Source of the DNA: Nannocystales bacterium
GTDB taxonomy: Bacteria > Myxococcota_A > Polyangia > Nannocystales > Nannocystaceae
Direction of reading: 5' to 3'
NCBI GenBank assembly: GCA_050633305.1
Contig: JBOEGF010000053.1
Location: 52,589-67,042 of the forward strand
Length of the DNA: 14,454 bases
The translations under genes and the position numbers were made by a program. Positions 12,079 to 14,454 of the stretch are shown here, piece after piece (within the stretch, counting starts at the first letter, position 1; every line of letters begins with the position of its first letter). The notes under the pieces are model-generated. The model made no database searches. It was not told the origin of the DNA and saw only the letters and a program-made list of their open reading frames with translations.

Positions 12079-14328
12079 CTACTTCCGCTTCGCAGCAACT
12101 TTGGCCAGTCGACCGGCGGCGAGTCGGGACCCCAACACTTTCGCCCTCGAGTACGCTGCGTGGGCGCCGTCGTAGTCGAAACTCTTGTACAGCGCATCCC
12201 CCAACGCGATCCGATACTCGGCCTTGCGCGGTGCCAAACGCACAGCCTTCTTCAAGCGCCGGGCTGCCAGTGCGTAGCTCCCCCGATCGAAGGCGATGCG
12301 ACCCAGGCCCCGGTGGGCGGCCGCGTGCCCACGGTCGGCCGCCAGCGCTTCCGCATACAACCCTTCCGCTCGGCGCGACTCCCCTCTCGCGTGTGCCGCG
12401 TCCGCGGACTTCGTCAACGCGCGCGCCCGTGCCGGCTCGGTAGCGCGGGACGGCTCGGCATCCTCGACCGTAGCGCCCACATCCGGCGGCGTTGGCTCGA
12501 GCCCCATCACCGCATCGGAGGGAGGCTCGGTGGGCGTGATGGCTCGCGGCGACTCCTCCTCCCCCTCCTCTCCCCCCTTCTCCTCCTCTGCGACTGCGCG
12601 CCGAATCTTGGCCAACCTCCGGAGCTGACGACGCCGCTCCGAGGCGCGAGGTGACGAGCGCTCGATCGACTCGAGGCGTGCCGTTCGGTCTTCGACCGAA
12701 ACATCGGAGAGCGCGATGAGAGGCTCAGCCTGACTGAGTTCGTCCTGGGTGAACGTGCTGGTTTCCGCTTTGCTTCGGAGCAAGCGAAACTCTCCGGGGG
12801 TCATCGCGGCGCGCGACCGAGCATGCGTCCGCTGAGGGTCGAAGACCAACGCCTCGGCGTAGTAGTCGAGCGCAAACGGCTTGCCCCCCTCCTCGGCCCA
12901 GTACTCGTCCCCGAGTCGCTCGAGGGTGTCGGCGAACTCCATGCGAAGAGCTCTCGCATGCTCCACCCCCGCAGACTCCGCGTCCCCTTCGAGAGCTTCG
13001 AGTTCGAGAACGAAGCCCAACGCCGTCGTCAGCGAAGGTTCCTCCGGCGGCGGGTACACGAAGAAAGCCCGTGCCGCGGCCGCGCGGGCGCTGGCGACCA
13101 ACTGCTCCGCCTGCGGTGAGACCAGCGACTCCGCCTCGGTGCTCGAGCGCAACGCGTAGCCAGCCCCAACACCAGCGGCTGCAAGCAACACGGCGCCGGA
13201 GACCACCCATGGCAGCCACCGCCGCTTCCGCGACCTTTGAGGCGACGGCATGCTGCGACGGAGTCGCTCCTGGATGTCCGCATCAACGTTGGGGAGCGGC
13301 AGGTCGTCCCACTGCGTCGTGAAACCAAGGGCGACCTGCACTTCGCACAACGCCACCTCGACCGCCATCGTGTCCGGGTAGCGGTCCTGGGGCTCCTTCT
13401 CCAAGCACCGGAGGATCACGCGTTCCAGTGGCTCAGGACAGTCGGACAGGCCACCAGGAGGAGGCGGGGTCGCACTGAGTTGGGCGAGCAACACGTCCGA
13501 GGGTTCGGTTCTCTCGAACGGCCGTCTCCCGGTCACACACTCGTAGAGCGTGCAACCCAGGGCGTACACATCGCTGCGCGCATCACCGCCGAGACCCGAG
13601 ATGACTTCGGGCGCGAGGTACCCCGGCGTCCCGGCTCGGGAAGCTTCCGACTCCGTGGGGTTCCCCACCTGCGCAATGCCGAAGTCGAGCAGCTTGACGG
13701 TGTCGGCACGTCCCTCGACGACCGTCAGCGAGATGTTCTCGGGCTTCACATCGCGGTGGATGATGCCCACCCGGTGCGCCGCGCCGAGGCCCTTGCAGAT
13801 CTGCCGGGCGACGACGACGAGGCGTTCCACCGCAAGCGTACCCGCGGCTTGAATCGCGCTGCGCAGGGTCTCCCCCTCCAGCAGCTCCATCGAGATCATC
13901 AACCTCCCGTCAGAGAGTTCGACGAGATCGTAGACGTCGACGACGAACCGGGAATCGAGGCGGCCGAGGACCTTGGCTTCACTTCGGAATAGCTCGGCGA
14001 CGATCGGACTGAGTGCGCTCCTCAGTACCTTCAACGCCACCCGGCGGTCGAGATCCTCTTGGACCGCCTCGAAGACCGTCCCCATCCCGCCGTCTCCGAG
14101 CCAGCGGAGCAACCGGTAGCGGGTTCCGGGGATCAGCTCGCCGGGGCGGAGTGAGACGGGGCGCGGCCGCTGACGCACGGGGCTGCGAACCGCAACGTTG
14201 GCCTGGGCGAGCCCATCTTCTTCGTTGAGGAAGACCGTGTCGGTGTCCTCGGGCGTGACGTACACCGGCGCATCCGTGTCCGGATCGTGCGCAGTATCCG
14301 AGCGCCGCCGCGTCTCCCCTCCAGGCAT
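12079..14328 (-). CDS. Membrane-spanning Hanks-type Ser/Thr protein kinase with extracytoplasmic TPR repeats (749 aa)
   Basis: LGDGGMGTV, VALK, FRSE, HRDVKPEN, DFG, GTPGYLAPE, SDVYALG all intact (~14121-13345); TM WLPWVVSGAVLLAAAGVGAGYAL after RKRR (13218-13150); about three C-terminal TPRs (AHRGLGRIAFDRGSYALAARRLKKAVRLAP etc.). Confidence 0.95.
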   Translation of the reverse strand: MPGGETRRRSDTAHDPDTDAPVYVTPEDTDTVFLNEEDGLAQANVAVRSPVRQRPRPVSLRPGELIPGTRYRLLRWLGDGGMGTVFEAVQEDLDRRVALKVLRSALSPIVAELFRSEAKVLGRLDSRFVVDVYDLVELSDGRLMISMELLEGETLRSAIQAAGTLAVERLVVVARQICKGLGAAHRVGIIHRDVKPENISLTVVEGRADTVKLLDFGIAQVGNPTESEASRAGTPGYLAPEVISGLGGDARSDVYALGCTLYECVTGRRPFERTEPSDVLLAQLSATPPPPGGLSDCPEPLERVILRCLEKEPQDRYPDTMAVEVALCEVQVALGFTTQWDDLPLPNVDADIQERLRRSMPSPQRSRKRRWLPWVVSGAVLLAAAGVGAGYALRSSTEAESLVSPQAEQLVASARAAAARAFFVYPPPEEPSLTTALGFVLELEALEGDAESAGVEHARALRMEFADTLERLGDEYWAEEGGKPFALDYYAEALVFDPQRTHARSRAAMTPGEFRLLRSKAETSTFTQDELSQAEPLIALSDVSVEDRTARLESIERSSPRASERRRQLRRLAKIRRAVAEEEKGGEEGEEESPRAITPTEPPSDAVMGLEPTPPDVGATVEDAEPSRATEPARARALTKSADAAHARGESRRAEGLYAEALAADRGHAAAHRGLGRIAFDRGSYALAARRLKKAVRLAPRKAEYRIALGDALYKSFDYDGAHAAYSRAKVLGSRLAAGRLAKVAAKRK

Positions 14329-14373
14329 GAACCCCCGATCCTACCTCGGAAACCGACGGCAGATCTTGGGGCT

Positions 14374-14418
14374 CAGAACGCAAACAGGCCGCAGCACGAG
14401 TGCTACGGCCTGGTTTGC
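14374..14418 (-). terminator. Long hairpin/terminator downstream of the putative tuf stop
   Basis: Minus strand GCAAAC-C-AGGCCGTAGCA-CTCG-TGCTGCGGCCT-GTTTGC-GTTCT; the U-G pair favours the minus strand; begins 14 nt after the TAG at 14433-14435. Confidence 0.75.
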
Positions 14419-14432
14419 AGAGCGCGGAAACG

Positions 14433-14454
14433 CTACTCGATGATCTCGGTCACG
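14433..14454 (-). CDS. tuf: 3' end of a gene entering from the right edge, probably elongation factor Tu
   Basis: (..C) GTG ACC GAG ATC ATC GAG TAG = VTEIIE*, matching the EF-Tu C-terminus (..GAGVVxxIIE); same strand and side as expected for tuf-rpmG-trnW-secE synteny; followed by a terminator. Only six full sense codons are visible. Confidence 0.62.

Noticed and set aside
9666..14379. Mobile element, prophage or defence island call for the three-gene block
   Set aside because: No integrase, transposase, att-like repeat, tRNA duplication, nuclease or toxin motif is visible.

Overview
High-GC bacterial chromosome segment, most likely Myxococcota (inferred from the RpoB/RpoC N-termini, the deltaproteobacterial-type RpoB inserts and the accessory protein families). 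Positions 1-9606 are the conserved minus-strand cluster rpmG - tRNA-Trp(CCA) - secE - nusG - rplK - rplA - [L10 leader] - rplJ - rplL - [terminator] - rpoB - rpoC (rpoC runs off the left edge and is missing from the ORF track). At the right edge, the minus strand carries a coding tail ..VTEIIE* followed by a long hairpin; this looks like the 3' end of tuf (EF-Tu), the usual upstream neighbour of rpmG. Between that tail and rpmG sits a ~4.7 kb three-gene block with no mobility genes: a predicted lipoprotein made of seven 8-Cys repeats, a GTGA-coupled PEGA-domain protein ending in an outer-membrane-like ..GRF, and a convergent membrane Ser/Thr kinase with extracytoplasmic TPRs. The best candidate for an undescribed system is this block, read as a possible trans-envelope signalling module splitting the tuf-rpmG junction. 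A sigma70-type promoter with a palindromic -10 (GCTATAGC) may fire into both the ribosomal operon and the block. All calls are by eye; no searches were run and reference sequences are recalled from memory.
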